From assembly GCA_013239625.1 (NCBI GenBank), contig MU054187.1, positions 5,467,757-5,531,756 of the forward strand: a DNA stretch of 64,000 nt. The letters are read 5' to 3'. Source of the stretch: Lama guanicoe (lineage: Eukaryota). The notes under the pieces were generated by a model. It was not told the origin of the DNA. It ran no database searches and saw only the letters and a list, made by a program, of their open reading frames with translations. This document shows positions 14,040 through 27,868 of the stretch, piece after piece (positions within the stretch are counted from its first letter, which is position 1; each line of letters starts with the position of its first letter). Made by a program: the position numbers and the translations under genes.

Positions 14040-14555
14040 TTAAGGAGGGTACCAGCACATGCCTCTATGGCATGTGGATCATTTGTAAGCTGAAGACCAT
14101 TGAGAGGTGAAAAGTTCTAAAAACAAGGCAAAGTCTTCACTCGGTGAACATTTATATAAAGAAAGTTTCCATTTGCAGAGATGTCTCCTACCAGGAAGAA
14201 GAGAAGCCGACCCAGGCAGGAGGCACCTCCTTAAATCTGCGTGACAAACCTTACTAAACTCCTCTGTTTACCGTGCTTTTCCTTGTCACCTTTCATCACT
14301 TGACTCCCCGACCCAGAAATCCAAAACCTGTTTCCTTTTATTTTTTTCCAGCCTAAGTTAATGTATAAACTCAAATTTAAACCACCCCTTTGAGCTACTC
14401 ATCTCTGAATACTCCCATGTGTGACCAAGATGCACATGCAAAGAATTTCTCTTTGTTTTTCTTTTATTATTCTGTCTTGGTCTGTCTCATTTACAGGGCA
14501 CAAGCTGGAGAACCCAAGATGGGTAGAAGAGATTTTTTTTTCCCCCTCCCCTACA
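14040..14555 (+). mobile_element. MER34/MER39-like ERV1 solo LTR
   Basis: 5' atgcctctatggcat...agctgaagaccattgaga; TATAAA at 14364-14369; 3' gaacccaagatgggtagaagag...cctcccctaca. Confidence 0.8.
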
Positions 14556-15498
14556 TAGTCCAACACATTGGTTTGTGTTTGCTGAATACAGGGCTCTATT
14601 AGCAGACTGATTGTTCAGGTAAGGAAGGGAAACCAGATGGTTACATAGAATCAGGACTGATTTATCCCACCTGTGGATCTCAGACCCTGGAGGCATCAAG
14701 ACTGCCACAAGGAATCTGCAAATCTAAACATGAATCATGCATTGTCTGTAACCAAATAAATGATAAATATTCCTATACACTTGTATGGAGATACTCTGTG
14801 GTTAGCAAAATCCATTTTATGTAAAATGCCCCTGAATTCACAGAATCTTCTTGGTTTTATATATTTTTAAGAGTGAACACTGGAAACACATGGTACTTCC
14901 ATGTGAATGTATACCAAAGTTTTGAGGTCGAAGAGGAGTTATACTCAACAAAGGTTAGGAATTCATTTCTAATGTGAGCTAGCTAAGGCAAAATTTTCCT
15001 GTTAGGAAAAAAAAAAAAAGGAAATCTGAAGACAAACAACCCAAACTGTTGAGGGCTGCTACAGACAAGTAGAAAATACTATAAAAAAAAAAAAACTGCA
15101 CTCCATCTACTTTAACTATTGCTACGAAAGAAAGCACACATATTTGGACCTTCGTCTCCATCTAAGAATTTTACCAGGGCAGTATAAAGCAAAAAACCTA
15201 ATCCCAAATGGCTTCTAGTGTTTTCTGTGACTAGTGCTGTGTAGAACTGGGAATGGACGCATGTCATACACAGAAATATCTGATAAACATTTTCATTAAA
15301 ACTCTTTAGTGAAGCCCTTTTTCAAACAGCGCTTTTGCCCCTTTCCTGTTTGCCCATTTCTGTCCGCCTCTAACCTTAAAATAAAATAACCTAATTATAG
15401 GAATGAGATCACTAAGCAATTGAAACTAACTCCTGACTTATGCTGAATGTATATCAGGCCTTGTCTAGTTTGTTGATTCTTTTCCGAAATAAAAAGCA

Positions 15499-15853
15499 GT
15501 AAGAATGAAGAATTAAGCAGTTAAAGAATGATTAGCTCTCTACCTCCAACAGCTCCCTAAACAATCCTGCAGGCAGATCACATGGGCAAGATAACATTTG
15601 AAGAAAGAGTCAGCCAGTCCACACACAATGGAGAATGATGCAGAACCCAAACTCCTGATTCACTGAGATTCTTTCCTCCATGTTTTTCCTTTAAAAACTG
15701 TCATGACTGAGCAGAATCTTCAGAGCTGGTCCCTGGACATGAGTTCCCAAGCCTCCCAGCTTTTCCGATTGTAGCATCTTTCCTATCTATTGACACTCGC
15801 CTCTCGATTATTGGCTTTTGAGTGGTGAGCAGCCATACCTGAGTTCAGTAACA
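15499..15853 (+). mobile_element. ERV1-class solo LTR (subfamily uncertain)
   Basis: U5-like end ctcgattattggcttttgagtggtgagcagccatacctgagttcagtaaca and TATA-like ctttaaaaac. Confidence 0.7.
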
Positions 15854-16321
15854 CTTTGTTAGGTTAGATGAATAATTATTTCGATGAATAAAATAAAATA
15901 ATAGGAATTCTTAAATCTCCTTGATCCTGGATGGTGAGAAAAGTGCTAGGATAAGGAGCCAAACCTCACATATGAAAGATTGGGTCTGAAGGGTTTAATA
16001 AATAAATGTTTACTTGTGGATGAGTTGTTAGGAAAAGAGATGCCAAAAATTCAGCTGGAAATTTTATGCTCTTCTATTCTAGAATAATCCTTAGTTATTT
16101 TCAAACATGTAGTAAAAAAAAAAAAAACCTGTTGTCCAAACAAATGTGTATCAGTGGTGCTTTGGGGAATGAAGAGAAATGCAGGTGGCCATCCTTGGGA
16201 CAATGTGAGTGAGGTAGTCAAAATACAGGCTGCAGGAAGTGAAAGAGCAAGAGGGCGCGATGATTAAATGAGGAGTGAAAATTGAGAGCAGGACATACCT
16301 CACTCTTACGACTCAGTGTTA

Positions 16322-16392
16322 ATTTGAATATTTCTGAATACATTTGAATATACATTTGTATATACATACATTCTGATACATTTGGAAATATG
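16322..16392. repeat. Degenerate ~12-bp tandem repeat (tacatttgaata)
   Basis: tacatttgaata tacatttgtata tacatacattctga tacatttgga. Confidence 0.6.
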
Positions 16393-18129
16393 CTATTCTT
16401 CCTCTGTTGCATGTCGTGGAAGCTTGAGCATTTTGTTTGGATATTCAAGTAAAAGGGGGGCTCAGCATGCTACAAGACTGAAGACCAGTGAGTTAAAAGT
16501 GTAATTTGCAAGTGCTTGCATTACAGAGCTAGGAAGGGGTGTGTGTGTGCAGGACTAGGGGCTGGGACGGCATGGCAGAGTGGGTGAATGGAGGGAGACA
16601 ATAGACTGGGAGAGAAATACAGTGTCGAGATTCATGTGTAGAGAGCTGAAGAAAAAATGAACTGCAATTTGTGCTCTACTTCCTCCCCAATTCATCAAAA
16701 GTATCCTTGGAAAATTTTGTCAGTTTTTTTTCATAGAATTGATTTTTTTTCCATCTAAGATGAAAAAAAGTGCTTGGGCATTTACACAAAGGGTTCATAA
16801 AAGTCAAGAGGAATTGAGCAACTCCTCCTCCTCTCTGCCACCCTAAAGGGTAAAGTATATATAAAAAACAAAAATAATTAGTAAAGAATTTGAATTCATT
16901 CTTATTGTAATTGAGTTTTTGTTCCAGCAAAATCAAGTTAAAATGTGGCCTGTGCTCTTCAAAAGAAATTTAAATCAATGATTCTTGGCTATAAATAAAC
17001 AAAATTCAAAGAAACAGAAATTTGGTTTTTGACAGATACTTATGCTTATGGGAAATCATGCTCTTTTATTTGAAACACCAAAAGGACCAGTGTTTACACA
17101 AATCAAATGATTTGACAGTTGTAATTTGTAATTAAAGCTGGAGTTTTAAAATGAATGTAAACTGCAACCAAGGAACAGTACAGATTAAGAGATGCATGTG
17201 CAGGAGAAAGATGGAGGTATAATTTTTACAAGATTAAGCACAATTTTAAACAGAAATCTCTCAACCTGGGATATATTTTTACTACTATTGTAGTGGATCA
17301 ATATGGATATAAAATTAAGTATTTAAATTAAAATATGCTATACATATCTAGAAACTCTTTGCTGCATCAGATACTTAAGACAGTGTTAATTTGAATATTT
17401 CTGAAATTTTTATAAAGAGCCTTGACAACATCAATTGAATTTTTAAGGTATGCTCAGATGCATTCAACATTCTTATAAAAATGGAAATCATTGCTGATCA
17501 CGCTGTAGCCCCTCCTCCATGCCATCCCCTCTGAGCCAGAAGAAGTGTATTCCTTAAGTTCCTGTGTCACTAGTATGTCTTTATCCATGTCTTCTCTAAA
17601 CCTCATAAATACAAATAAACACAGACTACAGGCATATTTCTCATTATGCAAGCAGAATTCCACATACAAATTCTGCAGGAAAGCACAGAACAGCTGCATT
17701 CTACTTTTTTATGGTATGAATAGGGCTTTTAATATCAATACTGAAATGGAAGTGATTAGCACTATTTACTGAATTTTAAAGCACCTTAGGATGTTCAGGC
17801 AGACAGTTTATTTGATTGGCTGAACATGTGGACACTTCATTTTGGGAAAAAATATGTTGGCACAGGGCAAAGAAACAGCTTTCTGGCTGCTTCATAGGCA
17901 TTTTCAGAGGATTTGAACTGGTGATTCTGCTTTTAAAAATGATGTTCATAAGGAATAACATGCTCTTTTCAGCATTATATGGTCTTCTCTACCTAATCGC
18001 ACTCCTTACTTTAAAATTAGGAGCATTGAGTATGAACATTTAGATTTGGCTTAGCTTACAAAAAGCTTTTATTCTTGATGTTTTGATGTATAGTACTTGA
18101 TATAGAAATTATCCACTTAGATTGTAGGA

Positions 18130-18540
18130 CGTTGATAGTACAGGATCACTACACAAGATAAGTTGCATTTCTATATCTAGAAAAGAAGAATCTGAAATTG
18201 AAATTAATAAAATAATGTAATTTACAACCACATCCAGAAGAATAAAATACTTAAGAATAAATTTAACAAAAGAAGTACAAAATTGAATACTGAAAAATAC
18301 AAAACATCACTGAAAGATATTTAAATATGTATATATATTCCAAATTTTAAAATAAATCAAAACATGAAAGGATGCTCAATTACACTGAAAGTTAGGAAAA
18401 TGTTAAAAAAAGATATAATTCCATCATTAAGTTCACAAACATTTAAAAATATGACATCACCTTAAAAAAAAAGTGACAGGAGTGTGAAACAATGGGAATT
18501 CTCAAACACTGCTGAAGGAAGTGTAAATTGGTACAACCAT
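18130..18540 (+). mobile_element. Old L1 ORF2 3' fragments (L1M/L1ME)
   Basis: ttgcatttctata, aaatacttaagaataaatttaacaaaagaagtacaa, aacatgaaaggatgctcaa and gtgtaaattggtacaacca. Confidence 0.8.
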
Positions 18541-18730
18541 TCTTCTGGTTGTTCTCTTTCACTTGTCTCTCAAATCTATTCTCCTCCATTATTTGCTCTG
18601 TTTTTAGTCCAAATGTTGAATCCTTAAGCTTAACTATTAGCTTCAGGTTTGATTCAGCCAATGGGTGGCACTGGTGGGACACTAAGGAACACAGTAAGAG
18701 GTCATGGTATTTCTTTCTTGGAACACGCAG
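18541..18730 (+). mobile_element. LTR33 (ERVL) 5' fragment inserted in L1
   Basis: ctcaaatctattctcc...ttcagccaatgggtggcactgg...gaggtcatggtattt. Confidence 0.6.
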
Positions 18731-18799
18731 TATTGGGAATGAAATCTGTTGCTTTCCGATACCACTAGTTATTGGAAGAGAAGTTAGGCAGGATTGAAA

Positions 18800-19072
18800 T
18801 TTCATACACTGTTGTTCAGCAATTCTACTTATAGGAATGTACCATAGAGAAGTTCACATTTATGCACTAGGAAACTAACATAAGAATGTTGATGACAACT
18901 TTGAAAAAGAGAAAAAGAATTGAAAACTGCCAAAATGTTCATTAACATGATTACTAATTAATTAATTAATTATAAATACATTGGGATATATTCACAGAAT
19001 GAAATACTATACAACAGTGACAATGAGTGTATATGTATTAACATAAATAGATTTTAAAAGTACAACTTTAGA
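18800..19072 (+). mobile_element. L1ME 3' region, resuming after the LTR33 fragment
   Basis: cagcaattctacttataggaat, aaaatgttcattaaca and tatattcacagaatgaaatactatacaacagtga. Confidence 0.75.
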
Positions 19073-21815
19073 ATTGCAAACTGAGGACTTCTGGTCTCCA
19101 GTTGGACAAGCTGTTGACCACAAAATTGGAGAGAAAGAAGAATACAGAGAAGCACAGCTTACCAGAGCAGAAGTCCAAGAGCAGAAGCCTGCCGCTGGAG
19201 CCAGTACTGGGACAGGAAAATCAATGGTGATGGATGAATTGCCAGAGGCTCAGTGTGGAAAATCACAAAAGTTAAAAACTCCATGGTGCTCAATCATAGG
19301 AAGGCTCTTACACTATCAGAGTTTTCACTCTGAGAGCTCTGTCAGGTTCTCAGGGTATAAATTAGATAAAACTCCCTTTGAGCTTCTGGCAGGGGGATAG
19401 GAGAAGTAGCCATTTTGAAATATGTTCAGAACATTTTTTTCAACTAAACAAAATCCTGCTGTCAAAGGAAAATATTTTACCAGAATCTAGTCAACCTGGG
19501 GGAAGGGAAATATCCAATTTCAAAGTTATCTAGTTTTCCTATTGCACCTACAGTGGAGAAAAATAAAATAAAAACCCTGATAATCCCTTCTGAAGGTCAA
19601 AGCTCAGGGGCATAGGCTCACTAAACGACTGGGACCCAATCATAAGACTATTGAATGCTTCTCTTCCTTCTATACCTGACCACTGCATCAATTAAGCTTC
19701 TATATAATTAGAGTATTAAAAATAGAAAGAATTGCCAATTTCAGACACCTACACACAGTTGATACCTCGACTCCTAGCCAGACAAACATAATTGCTCAGT
19801 TCTATTTATCTCAGTTCATTTCACCCAGTACTTCATGTCCATTTTCCATCAAAAAAATTACAAGACATACTAGAAGACAAAAACATAGTTTGAAGAGACA
19901 AAGTAAACATCAAAACCAGATTCAAATGTGACAGAAATTTAGGAAATAACAGACCAGGAATTTAAAATACACATGATTAATATGCAAAGGGTTCTAATGC
20001 AAAAAGTGGACAATATGCAAAAACAGATGAGTAATGTAAGCAGGGAGATGGGAACCCTAAGAATCAAAGGAAATGCTAGTAATCAAAACCACTGTAACAG
20101 AAATGAAGATTCTCTTTGATGGGCTCACCAACAAACTGTAATTGGCCAAGGAAAGAATAGGTAAACTTGAAGAAGTGTCAATAGAAACTTCCAAAACTAA
20201 AATCTAACAAGAAAACAGAATGAAAAAAGATGTATCAAAATATCTAAGAACTGTGGGACAATTACAAAATGTGTAACATATGTGTAATGAGAATACCAGA
20301 AGTAGAATAAAGGAACAGAAAAAATATCTAAAATGAGAATGTTTCAAAATAAATGAGAAACACCAAGTCACAGATTCAGGAAGCTCAGAGAATACCCAAT
20401 AGGATAAATTCCAAAATATCTACACTTAGACATATTATATTCAAACCACAGAAAATAAAAGACAAATAGAAAATCTTGTAAGAGAACGAAACAACAACAA
20501 TGACAAAACAACAACAAAACCCTTATTATAGAAGAACAAGGATAAGAATTATATTGAACTTCTCTTCAGAGACCATGGAAGCAAGAAATAAGTGGAGTGA
20601 AAATTTTTAAGTATTAAAAGAAAACCATCAAACAATCACCAATTCAGAATTCTGGATCCAGTGAAATTATCTGTCAAGGTGAAGGATAACTAAAGACTTT
20701 TTCACATAAACAAAAATAGAAGGAATTTGTCACCAGTAAACCTGTCTTGCAAGAAATTTTAAAAGAAGTTCTTCAGGAAGAGGAAAAATTGTATAGGTCA
20801 GAAACTCAGATCTATATAAAAAAGAACATTAGCGAAGGAATAAGTGGAAGTAAAATTAAAAATTCTTGTTTTTATTATTCTGAATTGATTTAATAGATTG
20901 CAGTGTGTTGAAAATAATAATAGCAACAAGGTATTCAGTGATCATAGTCTACAGATAAGTGAACAAAATGACTGCATTGTCGTAATGAATGGGAGGGAGG
21001 ATTTGGGAAGATTCTGTTATTAATTACTTGCCCTATCCATGAAGAGTATAGTGCTATTTACAAGTCAATTTGGATTAGTTGTAAATGTATATTGCAAACT
21101 CCAGGACAGTGACAATAAAAAGGTTTTGTTTTGTTTTGTTTTTAAGTAGAATTGGTATGCCAGCAAGGAGATAAAATATTCAGTCAAAACCAGAGAAGCC
21201 AGAAAAAGGGTGGAAGACCAAAAACAGGTGAGAGAGAATGTAATAATAGAAAAGAGTAATAAGTATAATACATATTAATTTAACTATATCAATAATATCT
21301 TTAAATGTCAATGGTCTAAATAACCGATTATAGACAGAGACTCAGAGTGGATAAAAAGACAGGACACAACTATGTATGGTCTATAAGAAGCCCACTTAAA
21401 AACATGAAGAAATTTTAAAAAGAGACAGAGAAAGATATATCACGCAAATTCTAATCAAATGAAAGCTGAAATAGCTATAGTTTTAGACAAAACTGACTTA
21501 AGAGCAAGAAAAATTAACTATCAGGGATAAAGATGACATGCGATCATAATAAAGGAGTCAATTCTCCAAGACGGCATAGCATCTTTACTGTGTTTGTGCC
21601 TAACAACAGAGCATTAAAAGACATGAGGCAAAAACGTATAGAACTGCACGAAGCAGACAAATCCACTCTTACAATTGTAGATTTCAGCACCTCTCTATCA
21701 GTAACTGACAGATTCAGCAGGCAGAAAATCACAAAAAACATAGTTGAACTGAACAGCGACATCAAATCAACCAGGTCTAATTGACATGTGTAGAATACGT
21801 CAACCAACAGCAGAC

Positions 21816-21848
<33 letters not shown>

Positions 21849-23155
21849 TCTTCTCAAGCTCCCATGGAACATTCACCAAGGGAGAGCAAATTGGGGTGAT
21901 AATACACAACTTAACAAATTCAAAAGAATAAAAATTATACAAGGCATGGTTTCAAACTATAATAGAATTGAACTAGAAACCAATAACAGAAATTTAGCTA
22001 TAAAAATCCCCAAAGATGCGCAGATTAAACAAGACACATCTAAATAACAAATGGATCAAAGTAAAAGTCACAGAAAACTTTTAAACTATTTTGAAGTAAA
22101 TGAAAATGAAAGCACAATTTATCAAAATTTGTGGAAGCATTTAAAACAGTGCCTGTACTAAAATTTATATGGCATTGAATGCAATTACTAGCAAAGAACA
22201 AAAATGTAAAATCAAGAATCTAAGCATAGGAACATGGGAAGAAAGATAAAAGTAAATCCAAAGCAAGTAGAGGGAAAAATTAATTAGAGCAGAAGTCAAT
22301 GAAAGTCAAAACAGAAAATCAATAGAGAAAATCAATAAAGCCAGAAGCTAATTCTTCAAAAGATCAATAAAATTGATACTTGTCTAGCTTAGCTAATAAA
22401 AAACAAAATAAAACAAATTCACAATAAAAGGGAAATTACTACTTATCCAAATTAAGAGGATAATGAAAGAATGCTAAAAATTACAGCTCTATGCCCTCAG
22501 ATTTGATAATCTAGATCAAATGAATCAACATCTTGAAAGACACAAACTATCAAAATTCACACAAGAAGAAATATGAAAACTGAATAAGTCTATATCTATT
22601 TGGCAGATTGAATCAATAATGCACAACCTTTCAAAACAGAAAGTACCAGGCCCAGATGGGTTCCCTGGTGAGTTCTACCAAATATTTAAAAAAGAAAGTA
22701 TACCAGTTCTCCACAATGTCAGAAGACAGAAGCAGAAGAAAATTTCCTAACTTATCCTATGATGCCTGCATTACCCTAATACCTAAAAATAGCACACCCT
22801 AATATCTATAAAAGGAAAACTATAGATCAATATCTCTCATTAACATAGATGTAAAAATCCACAAAAAATATCAGCAAATTGAATTTTAAAATGTATAAAA
22901 ATAATTACATACAAGCAAGTAGGACTTATTTCAGGTGTGCAAGACTGTTTCAACATTTGAAAAGTAATTCATATAATCCATTACAACAACAGGCTAAAGA
23001 AGAAGAATTACATGATTGTATCTATAGGCACAGAAAAAGCATTTGACAAAATTCAATACACATTCATAATTTTAAAAAAGTCACATTCAACAAACTATAG
23101 ACACAGAGGAGAACTTAATCAACTTTAATGAAGAATATTTACCAAAAACTTACAG
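19073..23155 (+). mobile_element. Large L1 (L1MC/L1MD-like): 5' UTR, ORF1, long inter-ORF spacer and ORF2 endonuclease to early RT; 3' half missing; many stops and frameshifts
   Basis: ORF1 motifs gattcaggaagctcagagaatacc and ttctcttcagagaccatggaagcaaga; ORF2 start tttaaatgtcaatggtctaaa near 21300; ccaggcccagatgggttccctggtgagttctacca; gaaaaagcatttgacaaaattcaa near 23040. Confidence 0.92.
21820..21848. repeat. (GT)n microsatellite within L1
   Basis: Pure GT run read directly. Confidence 0.95.
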
Positions 23156-25239
23156 TTTGTTTAAATCTTTAAATCCATATATAAGTAATATTTACATAAA
23201 TAACTCAAGGCTGTCTGTACTCTTTGGCAATAAGAAGGTGAGAAGAAATGAAGGTTCATTTGGAAAACTAAGTATGAAAAAGATGGTTGGGGAGAAGCTA
23301 TAGAATGAGATGAGGACAGTGATTTGAGATGTAAACTGTATCTAATCCAATACAGACGTTAAGTGATGGGTTTCAGACAGAAGACTAAGAAGAGAGGTGG
23401 GTAGAACTGGGTAAGAATTTGTGATAAGAGAGAATCAAGTTCCGGGGGACAGAGGGTTAATTTTTCTTCCTTTGCCTAACAGTTAAACTGGGAAAACACA
23501 CAAGGCTCTACTAGCTCCTTCTTTTTGTTTTTGGCTCTGAGCAGACTTAGCTTATTTTGATCCCATTTTGATTCAGTTTTGCTGCTGCTCCCACACGAGT
23601 GAAGAAGGTGTAAATGATCCTGGATGGCCCTCAGCCCTCACTGTGGCATGGAAGATCTCTGTAACAGCACTGGCTTCATGACACCGGGCGGAGGAGAGGA
23701 ACAGTACCACACTATTTCTGGAAAGATCGCGTTTCTCTGACTGCCCTTTATTATACTGCAAGTACAGTAGTTTTCACTTTCCCAAACTGGGACTAGTTCC
23801 AGAGGAATGCATCTGGATAGCATTTGCCCATTACCCTCCCCAGGAAAAGAATTAGTCAGCAAGGACCCTATTCATAAAAACAAATTCCATCCATTTCTAC
23901 TTGAATGTCATGTCTTTATGTGGAAAAGTGTGGAGTGAACCCCTTTTACTGCATAAAGAATGCTTTTTTGTGATTAATGGACCTCCCTCCCCACAGTATG
24001 TAAGTAGACACCTCCTGATTACATACCTGAGGGAACTCAAAGACTGAGGACATGGAGAGAGGGGTTTGATGTGCTATTTCTGGCCTGAACTGTATCCTTT
24101 CTGAAAATGGATAATGTATAAGGTACCGGTTTCAAGAGAAATATGTGCTTTTTAAGCCATAGAAAATATACAACAGAATATTTTGAACATACAAACATAA
24201 AACCTTACACTCACACTCTTGAATCAGGTGGAAGGCTTAAAAATCATTTCTACTAACAATCTGTACTTAATAGATCCAAGACTCTCAATCTGGTGTTTTA
24301 CTTCACAAAATTCTAATTCCCAGAAGTGAGGAGTTAATCTTAATGGAGTAATATAGTTTTAATCAGCCCATAAGGTTGATAAATTGGGTTGATTGAAATC
24401 ACATCATTAGACAGTGAATTTGGACAGATTTTTAATAGTCACTGAGGGTGCCTGAGATTTATGGTCTAGCCAGATTATTATTTTCTTTCGGTTGAATGAT
24501 CAATTTAATGTCCTGTGACATACAGTATACCTTGCCTACTGTGGAATTTACTCAATGACAAAAATTTTTAACATACTGTAAGCCCAGAGCGTTACATTTC
24601 AACTAAGGAGCAGCATAGATCTTAAGTGTTACGCTTTACTTCAGGCACTTCAGGGAGATGAGGTATTTTATTAGAGCTGTTTAATTCAGTTTCCAACTGT
24701 TGCTCTAAGGCCCTGCATAAAAGAGGCTCGTGCTAAAGTGAACATCGCCAACCAAAAGACTGCATTACCTTCAAAAAAAAAAAAAAACTGGGATTTAAAA
24801 AAATGTTTTGCCAGAATAACATGATAGGTTATTCATGCTGTTATCTCTGCATGTTCATTGTAGATGCAGCTGATCCTTTAGACAGTTTTACACAACTGCA
24901 ATGAACACACATGTGCATGCAGCAAAGAACATAAGCAAATAAAACTGACATCTCCACGTGCCCAACTATGATTTACTGTAAGCAATGGCTTACACTAAGA
25001 AAATTTTAGGATCAAAATCTCTCTGTATCTTCTTTCCCATTATTACAGCTGAGTAGAGTGGGATTCTAATCCCAGAAAGGTGAGTACCACAGCCCCGCTT
25101 CCCCTCAAAAGTGGGTCAGCTCTGCAGAGTACCTGTGAACATTTTTCCGTGGACTGTTTGAATGGAAATATGGAGATTTAAAGAAGATGGAAGCTACATC
25201 ACTATAAAAATCCACATATCAACACTAGTTATAAAACTA

Positions 25240-25310
25240 CTATGCAAGTATCATATAAAGAGTGATTTCCAGGATTAAATGAGACCCCAGGTGTGAAAGT
25301 GTAATGAGAA
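25240..25310 (+). mobile_element. MIR 3' fragment
   Basis: aggattaaatgaga...gtgtgaaagtg. Confidence 0.45.
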
Positions 25311-25339
25311 AAATATAAAATAAGAATCATATCACCTTT

Positions 25340-25568
25340 TATATATTATACATCTTAATAATCACTTCATTTACATCAATTTCTTTATGCTCAGAATAAT
25401 TGGATGAGGAAGGTCCTATTCCTCTTACTTTTTTAGATAAAGAAATTGAAGTTTAAAGAGGTTAGTTCTCTGTGTAAGATCACATGGTTGGTAAGTGTGA
25501 CACCCAGGACTCAGTTCTAGGTGTATCTGACACCAAACCCGTGATCCCCAGAGCACATTATTTGCCTC
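25340..25568 (-). mobile_element. MIR SINE
   Basis: Reverse core ttttagataaagaaattgaagtttaaagaggttag...aagatcacatggttggtaagtg, then tctgacaccaaa. Confidence 0.8.
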
Positions 25569-26933
25569 AGGAGTAACCACACCACCACCAACCTTTATAG
25601 TTGGTAGTCACAGGAGGCTCTTGGCAGTTAGACATTCATTTCTTTGGGCCTTTTAAAGCCTGATTTGTTTGGGTAACTAACTAGTATGTTATATGATTAC
25701 TTCTACTCAGCTAAGAAGGAAACTGGAACCCAGGTCAATGGAAGATGGACCTGGTCTCAGGAACACTGTCTGGCAGATTAAGTTGCAATCTGCCTGCCTT
25801 CCTGATTGACTCAGGAGGCTCTAATATTTAAGCCATATAAAACTTCTTTAGTAGCAAATAATATTCCCTCATGAATTATCTCAATATCTTTTTTCAGTAG
25901 TAACTCATCTCCCCAGTATTATTTTCTCTCTCATTCTTCCCAGACCATAGATCCTCCCAGGGCTGATGAAATGGTCTTTTCTTCTTACCCAACTGCCAGC
26001 ATAAAGCCCCAGGAGTGATGCCCAAGAGTTCGTTGCTAGTGCCCAGCAGTATAATGAGCACAAATTCTCCTCTGCGTGACTTATAAGTAAGGAATTAACT
26101 CACACCATTATTCTTACAAAACTGAAGTCACTTGCATAAAGTAGTGTGATTCAAATATATAACCAAAAACACCCACCAATAAACAAAGACCCAACTTTCT
26201 GCCAATCTCCGTTAAACAAGGCAACCGGCATTTTTATTTCAAAACGTCTTACGAGGAAAGCTCATCGGCCACATAAATATAAATGCACATATCTGAAACT
26301 CAAATGTCTGATTTCAAATAACCAGTCATAGGCCAAAAACGTTGGCAAGATCACTCACAGATGTTTCACAGAAATGGGGAAAAGAGAGGTCAATGTACTG
26401 TAAATACATGTAGTTGCCCGATGCTTCTCTGGTCAATTTCCTCCTCAGCAGAATACATTTAGTGTAATAAATGTTTCATCTGGGAAGCTTTCCAGATTCA
26501 TCATTAAAATAAAAAAAAGTCAGTGCAGTTGTTCTTGGTGGATCTTTTTTCCATCACGGTATCAGTCACATCTCAGAGGCATGCTGAAATGTGTTGGAGA
26601 GAACAAAAGGGTCAGAAGAGGAATGAGAATGTGAAAGAAAGGAAAATTGAAAAAATAAGAGAAGGGTATGAAAAAGCCCTCAGTTGTGGAATAAATTTAA
26701 GCTTTATGCCTCCTTGTCATCTGCTAGATGATAGCACAATATATTAAGAATAAAATTTTATCTTTCAAATCCTTTTGTCTTTGGCCCAGGCCAAAATGAC
26801 TTCTCTGTCCTAAATTTGTGTAGTATTTTTGGACTATCCTACCTCGTGTTGTTAGCTATTCCTCTTATACTGTTTATACGGTGAGTTATTTTAAATACCC
26901 TGGAGCCGGGGACTATGTCTTACATTCTATGAA

Positions 26934-27362
26934 TTCCTCATTTGCCCTGGCTGCCATAAGAAAATATGAGAGACTGGGTTGCCAGAACAGCAGAGATTTA
27001 TTTTCTTGGAGTTCTGGGGGCTAGAAGTCCATGATCACGGTGCCAACATGGTTGGAATCTGGTGAGAGCTTTCTTCCTGTCTTGTAGATGGTCACCATCT
27101 TACTGTTTGCTCACATGACTCCTTTGTTCTTGCATGGAGAGAGGAGAGAAAGAAAGAGAGAGAGAGAGAGAGATAGGGAGGGAGATTTCCTCTGTGGTGT
27201 CTCTTCTTATAAAGGAACCAATCCCATCATGAAAGTCCCACCATCATGTCCTCATCTAAACTTAATTATCTCCCAAAGTCCTCATCTCCAAATGTCATCA
27301 CATCAGGGATTGGAGCTTCAACATATGAATTTTGAGGGAGCACAAACACTTAGTCCACAACA
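26934..27362 (-). mobile_element. MLT1A0-like MaLR solo LTR with internal (GA)n, interrupting an L2 3' fragment
   Basis: ggctgccataa, ttctgggggctagaagtcca, tctcttcttataaaggaaccaatcccatcatg and cttcaacatatgaattttgaggg...agtccacaaca. Confidence 0.9.
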
Positions 27363-27868
27363 CCCATTTCCCGTATATGTGGGAACTATAAATATTCTAT
27401 CAGTACACCACCAAGAAATTGGAAAGAAATTTATAGCTTTTTTAAAAATATCAAAATAAAGAACTTCATCAGATTTTGACATCAAGGATTATTATCAAGA
27501 AAAAATGGAGACATTTTAACAAACTTTAGGAAAAAACCTGATGATATTGAAAATAAATATGGTTTGCTAAGTGAAAACAATAATAATCTTCCATTTTAAT
27601 CTATTTTGGAGCTATTTTTTTATCCAAGATCACCATTAAAATCAAACATCAAAATAAACTGAATTTAAACCAGATATTGCAAAAGGTTAATTTGAGATTT
27701 AAAAACAAAAATCGATCACATTTAATCACATTACTTAATATTTTAGTCAGAACAAAAATAGCTATTAAAATTAAAATATTATAATGTATTTTATATTTAT
27801 TCTTTATCTCATCTTTTTTTTTGTTGTGCAATTTTTACAACATAAAATTGCATAATAAATCAATGTGG

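Noticed and set aside
21533..22047. ORFs resembling the L1 endonuclease
   Set aside because: Frameshifted remnants of a dead L1 interrupted by a (GT)n tract; not an intact or domesticated gene.
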